A stretch of 64,000 nt of DNA from an uncultured virus (IMG/VR IMGVR_UViG_2597490189_000005) (Duplodnaviria > Heunggongvirae > Uroviricota > Caudoviricetes), in the IMG/VR virus record IMGVR_UViG_2597490189_000005, one strand, 5' to 3'. Shown here in pieces: positions 32,188 through 41,389 of the stretch. How positions within the stretch are numbered: position 1 is the first letter of the stretch; each line of letters begins with the position of its first letter. The notes beneath the pieces are model-generated. The model had not been told where the DNA came from and ran no database searches. It saw only the letters and a list, made by a program, of their open reading frames with translations. Made by a program: the position numbers and the translations under genes.

Positions 32188-32601
32188 ATGAGAAAAATCA
32201 AACTACCAAATTCAGATCTTGCAGACACATTTAGGAAAGAAGAAACTTCTGCATTAAAAGCAGCAAAAAATATGCTCTTACAAGAGCAAAAAGGAGACTT
32301 TGATAAAGATAAATTGATTGATGAAATTATTATGGGAAGGAATCCACTTTTAACTGCGGATAATATAGCCTCTCGTCTAGGTATTCCTATAGAAGTTTTT
32401 CATCAATGGGTAAAAAATGCAGACCCCAAATATCAAATCCCTACAAACTCACTATTTGGAGAGCTCGGCAGGGCAATGTTTAACTCATCGTTAGAACGAA
32501 CTGAACATTACAAATTTGCTAAACCTGATGTCTATATAGGTAGTTACCCTCGATGGACAACTGAAACATTGAGATCATGGTTACGAGCTAATTTAAAATG
32601 A
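32188..32601 (+). CDS. Hypothetical protein downstream of cI
   Basis: RBS, HTH-like segment. Confidence 0.65.
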   Translation: MRKIKLPNSDLADTFRKEETSALKAAKNMLLQEQKGDFDKDKLIDEIIMGRNPLLTADNIASRLGIPIEVFHQWVKNADPKYQIPTNSLFGELGRAMFNSSLERTEHYKFAKPDVYIGSYPRWTTETLRSWLRANLK

Positions 32602-32685
32602 AAAAGGCAGGATAGAAATCCTGCCTTATAGGTTATCGAAGGTACGTAAGCTTTACCCTACGCCCACCGGGCAACTTGCCAGATG
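32600..32685 (-). ncRNA. Candidate small RNA
   Basis: TTGACA(32719-14)-17-TAATCT, then about 85 nt ending in hairpin aaggcagga/tcctgcctt plus T run. Confidence 0.5.
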
Positions 32686-32735
32686 TAGCTAGATTAATAA
32701 AGTATTCCGCTATTGTCAATAATTTTTTAGAAGAT

Positions 32736-33191
32736 ATGTCAGTATTACAACATTTTAATGCAATATCGAAAAGCCGATTAGCGCCCTACAGTGCTCTATG
32801 TAAAAATGCGTACCCAGGTGAATTACAATTCTCTCTGTCTAAACGCACTATTTGCATATATACAGCCTTGCAACATCGTGCATCTATTTTTTCTTCACTT
32901 ATCCAAGAAATTGAAATTAGTGTAAGAAATGAAATGACACAAATAATAAAACAAAATCTTACGCAGAATAATGACTTATTAAGTCATTTCTGTTTTCTTG
33001 CCATTGATAAGACAACAAAGTTATCTCCATATAGTCAAAATGAATTAAAAAGTTGCCTAATCAAACTACTAAATAACACTCTTCCACCCAATTATTCGGT
33101 ACAGCATCTCAATAACACAAACTACGCTTACCAAAGGCTTATACAACAAAAAATTCCCGACAAGAAGCATTATTCTTCCGCATATTCCTGA
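32736..33191 (+). pseudogene. Abi_2/AbiF-like N-terminal fragment
   Basis: IS.SRL.PY and LIQEIEISVRN motifs. 3' end runs into kinase-like DNA. Confidence 0.5.
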
Positions 33192-33477
33192 GCCATTGAT
33201 GAAAATTGTTTGCCAATGTTTAGAAGTCGATGTTGAAAAAAGATACAATAATGTGAGAGATATTCTTAACGATTTAAGTAAAATTGATTACAATGGCTTA
33301 GATTGGCAGTGTACAGAAAGTGACACTTCGCACGAATGGAACTTTACTGACGAAAAAGGTCTAACTTATCAAGTTACTCGCCAAAAAGGCGAAAAGGCAT
33401 ATACTGTGGTTAAGAATAATCGCAAAACCACACCAAAATCTGACACTCTACGAGATTATTTACTGACACTCAAATGA
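33130..33477 (+). pseudogene. Ser/Thr kinase C-terminal fragment
   Basis: LPHIPEPLMKIVCQCLEVDVEKRYNNVRDILNDL resembles subdomain XI. Confidence 0.55.
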
Positions 33478-33641
33478 AAATTGCAATAAAAGCAGAGCGG
33501 CACACATTCAAAACAAGAACCTCACTTGTTGCACCTAAAAAAAATGAGCCTACCGCAGAATCACAGCAAAAAGCTCAAAAAATCATAGGTTATCAACAAG
33601 AAGGACACTATTTTGTTGCAATAGTGAAAGAGAAAAAATAG
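33474..33641 (+). CDS. Small hypothetical protein (55 aa)
   Basis: ATGA overlap with the preceding ORF, followed by a terminator. Confidence 0.45.
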   Translation: MKIAIKAERHTFKTRTSLVAPKKNEPTAESQQKAQKIIGYQQEGHYFVAIVKEKK

Positions 33642-33854
33642 CAAATTCGCCCGCACCCTGCGGGCTTTTTCTCGCCAAAAATCTACTACTAACTACTCCA
33701 TACTACTACTAACTAACCCCACCTAACACTCACAACAAGCGGTCAAATCTCATCAAATTTCTGCAAAAACATCTTCCTGACGCCAAGAAAATGATTAAAA
33801 AACAAGCAATCAAACACACATTACAAAATTTATTTCCCTTTAAAATCAATACAT

Positions 33855-33972
33855 TAATCACAAAAAGTGATTTTTATATTAATTAAATCACATTTTGTTA
33901 TTTACTTTTAAATCACATTAAGTGATAATACACCCATCAAAACGAGCTACGGCTCAATGCTCTTTAAAAATT
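33855..33972 (+). promoter_or_regulatory. OL/pL region with boxA-like site
   Basis: Three ATCAC-N5-GT(G/T)AT sites, GATAAT -10, GCTCTTTAAAAA at about 33959. Confidence 0.72.
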
Positions 33973-34360
33973 CAGACAAAAACACCTCAAGCGGTCAATA
34001 AGTGCAGTTGCTTAAACTAGCGGATTAAAAGCCCCGCTGGCTGATTGAACGTTTAGTCTTATGTGAAAAACTGCCGTGACGGCAGATTGGCAACAGAACC
34101 ATTGAGGTGACGACTAACCCACTATCGCCAAGTTTGCCAGTGAGTGGAACGGATAGTGGGGACAGAACCACATTTTTTGGTCTGTTTTTTAGTTGGTGAA
34201 CAATGAAAAAGCAACAGACAGCAAACGTTAGCTAAAAACGTGACAGCTCGGAGAGACGGCTGACCATCTCGTTGAACTCAACGAAATGGCTATCGAGGCT
34301 TAGCGTTGAGCCAGCGTAGCAAATCAACGCACCATTCATTAATTTTTTAAGGAGTATAAA

Positions 34361-34624
34361 ATGACATCAATGTACGCCCAAATTAGCATAACAGTGAACG
34401 GAATAACAATGAACAGAGGTATTACCTTTACTCCTCCACAAAACGACCACATCAATATGCAAAAGACCGCTATTCAACATCAAATTGAAAAGCTACTTGA
34501 ACCTATTGATGCTATTGAGAGAATGCAAATTAATGCTGAAAAGCACTTTGAATTAAAAAAATGGCTCACTCAGGCTTTCCAAAACGAGCTTGATGTTGCT
34601 CAACAAGACCGCTCGCCAACATAA
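34361..34624 (+). CDS. Hypothetical early protein
   Basis: Strong RBS AAGGAG. Confidence 0.65.
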   Translation: MTSMYAQISITVNGITMNRGITFTPPQNDHINMQKTAIQHQIEKLLEPIDAIERMQINAEKHFELKKWLTQAFQNELDVAQQDRSPT

Positions 34625-34766
34625 AAAGGCGACAAGCTAAATCTGACTGAGCCTCCACATTTTCTGAAATATGAGTGCCGTCTTTATCATAAATTTCAAT
34701 ATCATTGCGTAAAAGAATGGCTGCGACTTGTACAGCGTTTGCAAAAGTGAACTCAGAATTACTCAT
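34566..34766 (-). CDS. Small hypothetical protein, convergent
   Basis: RBS AGGGA before MSNSEF. Confidence 0.5.
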   Translation of the reverse strand: MSNSEFTFANAVQVAAILLRNDIEIYDKDGTHISENVEAQSDLACRLFMLASGLVEQHQARFGKPE

Positions 34767-35077
34767 AATTAAATCCCTATTTATGTTGTGAGAAATTGAA
34801 TTATATTCCTTGATGTTGTGAGAAACAATAAGGAACTTGCTGACTGTGGCAAGGGTAAAAATCACAGTCGCCATTCAAAACCGCATTTAGAGATCCGCTA
34901 AAGGTCTGGGTAATAGCGCTGTTACCAAATCAAGGATAACTAAGCCAGAACTAAGTGCGGTTCTGAATGGCAACAAACAAAAGTGTATACGGTAAGCACT
35001 TAAAACACCCGTAATCATAATGATGATCCGCTACGTTAGCCCACTGTAACAGGTGGGTGTTTTTTTGAGGTGAAAAA

Positions 35078-35719
35078 ATGAATACATATGCAAAGTTCTG
35101 CCCAAACGTATTTTTAGCAAAATGCCAAGAGCAGCACGAAAAGAACGAAATTATTACCGTGACAAGTAAATACGGCAATGAAACGGAGGTTGAAATACAC
35201 AACCTCGTTAAACAACAAGGTGGATTTTATTTTTACTCTTTTGTCCGTTGTGATGGGTTGGATAGTCAAGCTCGAGCCACAGCGAAAGCGGAACGTTATC
35301 AAGAATATGCTGATAACGCCGCAAAACGCAGTAATCAATATTGTGAGGCGGCTAATGAGGGGCGTGACTTTTTAAGTCTTGCTGAACCAATAAAAATCGG
35401 ACATCACAGCGAAAAACAACACAGAGCCTTGATTGAACGTAATGCTAAAAGAATGGATAAGGCTGTTGAAGAAATGAAAAAAGCCGAAAGTTATGCCGAT
35501 AAAATTGCATACTGGGAATCAATGGCTGAAAAAATTGATTTATCTATGCCTGAAAGCCTTGAGTATTTCAAACATAAGCTAAAAGAGGCAGAAGACAAGC
35601 ATTCGGACCTAAAAAAATTCCCTGAAAAACGAGAACATTCTTATTCATTGACGTACGCTAAAAAAGCCGTCAATGAATTTAAAGAAAAAGTGCGATTGGC
35701 TGAATTGCTTTGGGCTTAA
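35078..35719 (+). CDS. DUF3560-like protein
   Basis: EPIKIGHHSE..HR motif. Confidence 0.75.
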   Translation: MNTYAKFCPNVFLAKCQEQHEKNEIITVTSKYGNETEVEIHNLVKQQGGFYFYSFVRCDGLDSQARATAKAERYQEYADNAAKRSNQYCEAANEGRDFLSLAEPIKIGHHSEKQHRALIERNAKRMDKAVEEMKKAESYADKIAYWESMAEKIDLSMPESLEYFKHKLKEAEDKHSDLKKFPEKREHSYSLTYAKKAVNEFKEKVRLAELLWA

Positions 35720-35985
35720 CGAAAAATCTAAATAGTGCATCTACTGCTCTTACGCAAATTGGACAAAAAATGGGGACATCACAGTATATGTCGCCAGAAA
35801 TTTTAAGTGGCGGTGATTATTCAATACAATCTGATATTTTTGCTATCGGTGTTGTAATGGAAGAATTACAGCTAGACTCTAAATATGATAAAATCATGCA
35901 AAAATGTACAGCTAGAAAACCTAAAGATAGGTATATGTCAGTGCAAGAAATTATTAATGATATAAATCATTTGATGGGGGAATAA
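35710..35985 (+). pseudogene. Ser/Thr kinase C-lobe fragment
   Basis: Begins at the GL of the DFGL position, then GTSQYMSPE, SDIFAIG, KC....P.DRY. N-lobe and catalytic loop are absent. Confidence 0.85.
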
Positions 35986-35989
35986 TTCA

Positions 35990-36703
35990 ATGATTAACTT
36001 AATTGCTAGTGCATCATTCTCTTTTCCAAAAGAACAAATACGGCAAAATCAAGATCATATTCTATCTTGCACTAAACACAATAACGGTTACTTATTTGCA
36101 GTGGCTGATGGTGTTGGAGGATACAAAGGCGGAGAAATTGCCTCCAGAATCGCGATCAAAAACCTAGAACTAGCTTACAATAATGTATTTTCCGCTAGTT
36201 TGGCTGAAATTAAAAAACTTGACCCAGAATATAACCAAGCATCTACAACCTTAACATTTGGTTATTTAACACAAGAAGGATTGTGCATAGGGCATATTGG
36301 TGACTGTCGTCTATATATAAAGCAAGGTAATAAACTTCGCCAAAAAACGAAAGATCACACAACTCATCAAAAGTTATTTGATGAAAAAATCTATACAAAG
36401 AAAGAATTAAAAGAGCTATCAGGAAAAAATGTCATCACCACGGCAATTTCTACACAAGTCGAAATGAAACCAGATGAATTCTTTATTCCGATGTCAGAAA
36501 TTAAGGATGAGAATAATGAGGTCTCCATCTACATTATGTCAGACGGTGCTCATCATTTTTGGGAACATCGCCCACGCTTCTCTGAAAAAACGATGAATAG
36601 CATTGTGAAATTTTCAGCAACCTTACAAAAAAGAATAGAGAAATCACCTATTGATGATTACTCTCTCGTTGCTGTTCAATTTAAAATCTCGGAAACAGAG
36701 TAA
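35990..36703 (+). CDS. PP2C-family protein phosphatase
   Basis: NQD, VADGVGG..GGE.AS, HIGDCR.Y, MSDG and DDYS motifs all present. Confidence 0.92.
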   Translation: MINLIASASFSFPKEQIRQNQDHILSCTKHNNGYLFAVADGVGGYKGGEIASRIAIKNLELAYNNVFSASLAEIKKLDPEYNQASTTLTFGYLTQEGLCIGHIGDCRLYIKQGNKLRQKTKDHTTHQKLFDEKIYTKKELKELSGKNVITTAISTQVEMKPDEFFIPMSEIKDENNEVSIYIMSDGAHHFWEHRPRFSEKTMNSIVKFSATLQKRIEKSPIDDYSLVAVQFKISETE

Positions 36704-36835
36704 ATCCCATTGACAAAAACCGCTACTTCGGATTAAGATAACCACACTACTAAATCAAGTCGGTTATCTAACGCTCCGATTAAAAAGCGGTTTTTTTATG
36801 CCTAAAATTTAAATGTGAGATTTCTCACATTTCAG

Positions 36836-36914
36836 TGGTCGGGTCGAGAGAGCCTAATAAAACACCTTCGGGAAATAAGCTCCGCCAGCTTGATTTGGTA
36901 GTTGAAGCCCGATC
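36836..36914 (+). ncRNA. C4-type antisense RNA 2
   Basis: Stem tggtcggg/cccgatca. cttgatttggtagt is complementary to 36746-36759 and partly to 36942-36955. Promoter TTGACA-18-TAAGAT at 36710. Confidence 0.72.
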
Positions 36915-36964
36915 AACCCTACTAAGGTTGATCGAAAGACTAACTGAAAATCAAGGGGCATAAA

Positions 36965-37564
36965 ATGTCAAACTTATCAATTCTTAAAACTTCTATTCGT
37001 ACATACGAAAACCTTTATTCATTAAATGATCTACATTTAGCAAGTGGTAATGATCCTAAACATCGCCCAACTTTCTTTGTTAAAAATCAGCAAACGCAAG
37101 ATCTTATTTCTGAAATTCAAAAAGAAAACATCGCCGTTCTCCCAATTAAAACCCTACGAGGCACACAAGGCGGAACATACGCCTGCGAAGAACTCGCCCT
37201 CGCTTACGCAATGTGGATCAGCCCAAAATTCCACTTGGTCGTATTAAGAGCGTTTCTCGCAATGCATAAAGGCGAATTGCAAAATTCTACGCAAATCGTA
37301 CCGCTTGAACCTAAACCTGATGTCGTTCTTCCACACGAAAAAGCAGAACAGATTGCCAAATACTTGGTAAGAGCAAGAGCCTTTGCAAAAGAAGTGGAAG
37401 TATTTCATCGTAAACTGTACGAAGATTTAGGCATTTCTCGCTATGTTAAAAACGATATTGCAGGAAAAGCCTACGACATCGCACACGAATTTAACGTATG
37501 GCTTGACCCTTTTATTGAACAAGTCTTACCTCAGCTTAATCAACAACGATTAGCAAGATTTTAA
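36965..37564 (+). CDS. KilA-N domain antirepressor-like protein
   Basis: YSLNDLH.ASG and GGTYAC.ELA..YAMWISPKF. Confidence 0.9.
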   Translation: MSNLSILKTSIRTYENLYSLNDLHLASGNDPKHRPTFFVKNQQTQDLISEIQKENIAVLPIKTLRGTQGGTYACEELALAYAMWISPKFHLVVLRAFLAMHKGELQNSTQIVPLEPKPDVVLPHEKAEQIAKYLVRARAFAKEVEVFHRKLYEDLGISRYVKNDIAGKAYDIAHEFNVWLDPFIEQVLPQLNQQRLARF

Positions 37565-37644
37565 CCACAACCCAACCCCACCGCACTTTCCCCGAAAGCC
37601 TGCGGTGGCTTCCTACACCCAAAATTCAACAAAAGGAATAAAAA

Positions 37645-37965
37645 ATGAAGACACTTATCAAAAAACTCAACCTGAAATACCTACTCGGTGCCTTGCTTAT
37701 CGCCTTTGTGACAGGCGGAAGTTTAACTGGCTGTGAAGAGCCTGAGCTTGTCTCTACTCTCCCCGTAGAAAGCAATTTCCAAGCAGAGAAGATTTGGACG
37801 GAAGATGACTTCAAACAAGCTGAAATCACCCCTGAAGAGGTAAATTACAACGCATTAGCCCTACATCTTCCACCGCCTGATAACGTTACAGGTGAAGATG
37901 TGAAGCTGATTAAACAACATAACCAAAACCAACTTAACAAACTGATTGTAGGAGCAAAAAGATGA
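37645..37965 (+). CDS. Putative lipoprotein
   Basis: Hydrophobic N-terminus and LTG-C. Confidence 0.55.
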   Translation: MKTLIKKLNLKYLLGALLIAFVTGGSLTGCEEPELVSTLPVESNFQAEKIWTEDDFKQAEITPEEVNYNALALHLPPPDNVTGEDVKLIKQHNQNQLNKLIVGAKR

Positions 37966-38501
37966 TCAAACTTCAAATTTTACAAAACCCAAATAAAAAA
38001 TACTTCGGTGAAATGTGGGTGGATAAACATCTAGTGTTTCAAGGCATACCAATGACATCGGAAATTATTGCTATCCGAAATTTAAACAAAGCCATTGATA
38101 GATATAACAGTCAAAAAGGCTTAGTCGGTAAAAGAGCTATCCCTCACTACCCTGAAATCGAAGGGCATAATCCGATTGTAATTGAGCAAGCTAAAAAAGT
38201 TGGGCTAAAAGTAACAGTTATCCAAGCAGAGCAGGTTGAGCAAATAGCACCGACGGAACAAGTTGAGATTGAAACAGCACCAACAGAACAAGTTGAGCCG
38301 AAGCCGAAGCCATCACAGCCCAAACGCAAACCATTTACCCCTTACGGCTTAAAAGGCTATCTGGTAGATAAAAACGGCAATGTCCGCCTAATGCTAGACA
38401 GAAGAGCCAACGCCAACACGATTGTACTTGAACCGCAGATGTTCGGAGCATTAGCGGAAATGGTGAAGAAAACTCAGGAGCAACAAAATGCGAGTACCTG
38501 A
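37962..38501 (+). CDS. Hypothetical protein
   Basis: Coupled ORF in the early operon. Confidence 0.65.
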   Translation: MIKLQILQNPNKKYFGEMWVDKHLVFQGIPMTSEIIAIRNLNKAIDRYNSQKGLVGKRAIPHYPEIEGHNPIVIEQAKKVGLKVTVIQAEQVEQIAPTEQVEIETAPTEQVEPKPKPSQPKRKPFTPYGLKGYLVDKNGNVRLMLDRRANANTIVLEPQMFGALAEMVKKTQEQQNAST

Positions 38502-38694
38502 CCCAATGCGATACGAAACCAAAGATGATTACTACGACGCACTAGAAAAGTTTGAAGCACATCAACAAGCGAAATATAACGATGAAGTCGTCCCTGATGA
38601 ATGGGACGAGTTTTGCGAAGAAGTTCTCATCTGCAATCCAAGAGAGCGAGATTACCAAGACCAAACTTGGCTATTTGGGAGAAAAGACGTATGA
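38488..38694 (+). CDS. Small acidic hypothetical protein
   Basis: RBS, precedes recT. Confidence 0.6.
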   Translation: MRVPDPMRYETKDDYYDALEKFEAHQQAKYNDEVVPDEWDEFCEEVLICNPRERDYQDQTWLFGRKDV

Positions 38695-39608
38695 CCACAC
38701 AAACCACACCAGCAACTCAAAACAAAGAAAACAAATTCCCGATTAAGACTTTATTTGAAAGCCCAAACGTACAGCAAAAATTACAAGCATTGCTTAACAA
38801 AAACGCTGCGACATTTACCACCAGCGTTCTGCAAATCGTCAATAGCAACGCAATGCTTCGCAATGCCGATCCAATGAGTGTATTTAATGCGGCGTGTATG
38901 GCAGCAACGCTCAATCTACCGCTACAAAATGGCTTAGGTTTTGCATACATTGTGCCGTATCAAAATCGAAAAGAGAAAAAGACGGAAGCCCAGTTCCAAC
39001 TCGGCTATAAAGGCTTAATTCAACTGGCACAACGGTCAGGGCAATTTAAACGCCTTGTTGCAGTGCCAGTTTACGAGAAACAACTGATTGCTGAAGACCC
39101 AATAAACGGTTTTGAATTTGACTGGAAACAAAAGCCAGCCAAAGATGAAAAACCAATCGGCTACTATGCTTATTTCAAGTTGATCAACGAATTTACTGCC
39201 GAACTCTATATGAGTACCCAAGACGTGTACGACCACGCCGCACGCTACTCACAAACCTATAAAAAAGGTTATGGCGTATGGCACGACAACTTTGAGGCGA
39301 TGGCAATCAAAACGGTTCTTAAGTTGCTACTCTCTAAACAAGCCCCACTTTCCGTAGAAATGCAACAAGCGGTACTGGCAGATCAAGCGGTTGTCAAAGA
39401 TGTAGAAAACGCAGAATTTTCTTACCCTGATAATGAAGTTCAAGAAGCTGAATTTACCGAATTAAAAGTCAATGATGACGTGTTTGAAAAATGTAAGCAA
39501 AACATCATCAGCGGTGATGCCACTTTGCAAGACTTATGCGATAACGGCTATGAATTCAGCAAAGAGCAGTATGCGATTTTAGAAGAGCTCGAAAATAAAA
39601 GGGAATGA
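38691..39608 (+). CDS. recT: RecT/Redbeta-family recombinase
   Basis: LG.AYIVPY, AQFQLGYKGLIQLAQRSGQ, MA.KTV. Confidence 0.92.
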   Translation: MTTQTTPATQNKENKFPIKTLFESPNVQQKLQALLNKNAATFTTSVLQIVNSNAMLRNADPMSVFNAACMAATLNLPLQNGLGFAYIVPYQNRKEKKTEAQFQLGYKGLIQLAQRSGQFKRLVAVPVYEKQLIAEDPINGFEFDWKQKPAKDEKPIGYYAYFKLINEFTAELYMSTQDVYDHAARYSQTYKKGYGVWHDNFEAMAIKTVLKLLLSKQAPLSVEMQQAVLADQAVVKDVENAEFSYPDNEVQEAEFTELKVNDDVFEKCKQNIISGDATLQDLCDNGYEFSKEQYAILEELENKRE

Positions 39609-39661
39609 TTGACACCCATCAAATTAAGTTTAATCCACCATCATCACCCAAAGGAAACACA

Positions 39662-40330
39662 ATGGAAAAAATGTATAACCTAAAAGTCCGTTGCTCTCAA
39701 CTTCACCAACTAATGAGCGAGCCACGCTCAAAAGCAGATAAAGATGCGGGCAAAATTTCCGATACTGCCAAAAATGCGGTGCGAGAGATTGCAAAGTTTG
39801 ACTTGTTCGGCTACCAATCCTTTGACGGCAACAAGTACACCGAAAAAGGTAATCAGCTTGAAGAGCAAGCCATCAAATTAAGTGGCTTTACTCGTGGATT
39901 GGTTCTTAAAAAGAACACAGAACGCAGAGAAAACGCCTTCATCACGGGCGAATGTGATATTTACGTTCCATCACGCAAGCTCATTATTGATACAAAATGC
40001 TCGTGGGACATTGGCTCTCACCCCTTTTTCCAAGACGAAGCCGAAGAAAAAGCCAAAAAAGCAGGTTATGACTACCAAATGCAAGGCTATATGTGGCTTT
40101 GGGATTGCGAAGAAGCACAAATCGACTTTGTACTCTTCCCCACTCCGCTTGATTTAATCTCAAGCTACGACAACGGCGAAAAGCTAATCGACCTAGTAGA
40201 GCAAATTCCACAATCCAAGCGAATTACCACCGTCACCATCAAGCGAGATGAAGAAGTGATTGCCAAAATCCAAGAAAGGCTCACCTCAGCACAAAATTAT
40301 TATCAACAAATCATTCAGGAGTATATGTAA
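39662..40330 (+). CDS. Phage exonuclease (YqaJ/lambda-exo-like PD-(D/E)XK)
   Basis: G..LE, GECD, IIDTKC, Y.YQ.QGYM. Confidence 0.8.
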   Translation: MEKMYNLKVRCSQLHQLMSEPRSKADKDAGKISDTAKNAVREIAKFDLFGYQSFDGNKYTEKGNQLEEQAIKLSGFTRGLVLKKNTERRENAFITGECDIYVPSRKLIIDTKCSWDIGSHPFFQDEAEEKAKKAGYDYQMQGYMWLWDCEEAQIDFVLFPTPLDLISSYDNGEKLIDLVEQIPQSKRITTVTIKRDEEVIAKIQERLTSAQNYYQQIIQEYM

Positions 40331-40809
40331 TGGCAGGCGTGAATAAAGTAATCATAGTCGGCAATCTCGGCAATAACCCTGATATGCGTACAATGCCAAA
40401 CGGTGACCCCGTCGTTAAAATTAGTGTCGCCACATCGGAAGAATGGACCGACAAACAAACGGGCGAGAAAAAGCAAAATACCGAATGGCACAGCATTATC
40501 GCTTTTAGGAAATTAGCCGAAATTATGGGGCAATACCTAAAGAAAGGCTCTAAGGTTTACATTGAAGGGAAACTTCGTACCCGCAAATGGCAAGCGCAAG
40601 ACGGTACAGACCGCTACACCACCGAGATTATCGCCGACAAACTCGAAATGCTCAGTAGTTCGCAAGGTGGTAACAGTAACAACAACTGGGCACAAGAACC
40701 ACAGGGTAAGCCAAAACAGCAACAACAAACAAAACAGAAAGAATGGGACGGTTATGCTGATGATGAACGTCTGCCAGCAAATAACTTTGATGATGAAATA
40801 CTGTTTTGA
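40330..40809 (+). CDS. ssb: Single-stranded DNA-binding protein
   Basis: [14 protein letters not shown]..., acidic tail FDDEILF. Confidence 0.95.
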   Translation: MAGVNKVIIVGNLGNNPDMRTMPNGDPVVKISVATSEEWTDKQTGEKKQNTEWHSIIAFRKLAEIMGQYLKKGSKVYIEGKLRTRKWQAQDGTDRYTTEIIADKLEMLSSSQGGNSNNNWAQEPQGKPKQQQQTKQKEWDGYADDERLPANNFDDEILF

Positions 40810-40854
40810 GTTTAATTAACGCCCTTAGTTTTGAGGGCGTTTTGATAAAGGGCA

Positions 40855-41043
40855 TTACGCCCCTTTCTGCGATTGCTTAAACAGCTCAACGGCTTGAATA
40901 ATCAACTGATTTTGTGGAATATTTAACTCTGTACTTAACTGCTCAATTTCAGCAATCACAACTAAAGGAAGTTTGAAGGCTTTGAGTTTAATACCGTGTT
41001 TTTCCTCACTGCGTTTAACAATTTCGGTTCTTGACATCGCCAT
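40855..41043 (-). CDS. Ribbon-helix-helix protein 2
   Basis: SEEKHGIKLKAFKL...IIQAVELF, paralog of 26253 and 43950. Confidence 0.8.
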   Translation of the reverse strand: MAMSRTEIVKRSEEKHGIKLKAFKLPLVVIAEIEQLSTELNIPQNQLIIQAVELFKQSQKGA

Positions 41044-41064
41044 AATAAATCCTTAACATTAGTT

Positions 41065-41225
41065 TTGAAGAACGAGAGAGATTTCTCCCTCTCGTTAAAT
41101 TATCATCAAATTAGTAAGCTGGCGAGCTAAGTACTAACAAGATGATAACTAGGATAATGTATTTAAACATTTGATTATCCTCTTCAAAGTTGGGTAGATT
41201 AAAGGTCAGACCCAGCTCGTTTTCA
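41065..41225 (+). ncRNA. Sib-like antisense RNA 2
   Basis: TTGACA(41031)-17-TAACAT, aacgagagag/ctccctctcgtt hairpin, terminator-like gttgggt/acccagc plus tcgtttt. Confidence 0.7.
41111..41170 (-). CDS. ibs: Ibs-like type I toxin 2 (MFKYIILVIILLVLSSPAY)
   Basis: 19 aa ending in S.PAY like Ibs, RBS GAGGA. Confidence 0.88.
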   Translation of the reverse strand: MFKYIILVIILLVLSSPAY

Positions 41226-41248
41226 GCATTATTACTGAAAACAAAGTT

Positions 41249-41277
41249 ATTATAAGTTAGTTATCTAACTAAATCAA
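41249..41277 (-). promoter_or_regulatory. Module 2 promoter with palindromic operator
   Basis: TTGATT-17-TATAAT, spacer holds agttag-N4-ctaact. Confidence 0.75.
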
Positions 41278-41389
41278 GCATTATTTCACTAAGCCATCGT
41301 TTTTACGGTGGCTTTTTTATTGCAACATTTTCACGAAAACCAACCGCTTGTAGCAATACAGGCGGTTTTTTATTGCAAGGAAATTAAAA

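Noticed and set aside
33935..34345. Possible tRNA genes in the structured leader
   Set aside because: No cloverleaf with a TTC loop was found by eye
39662..40330. Cas4-like nuclease implying a CRISPR link
   Set aside because: The recT-exo-ssb context indicates an ordinary phage recombination exonuclease
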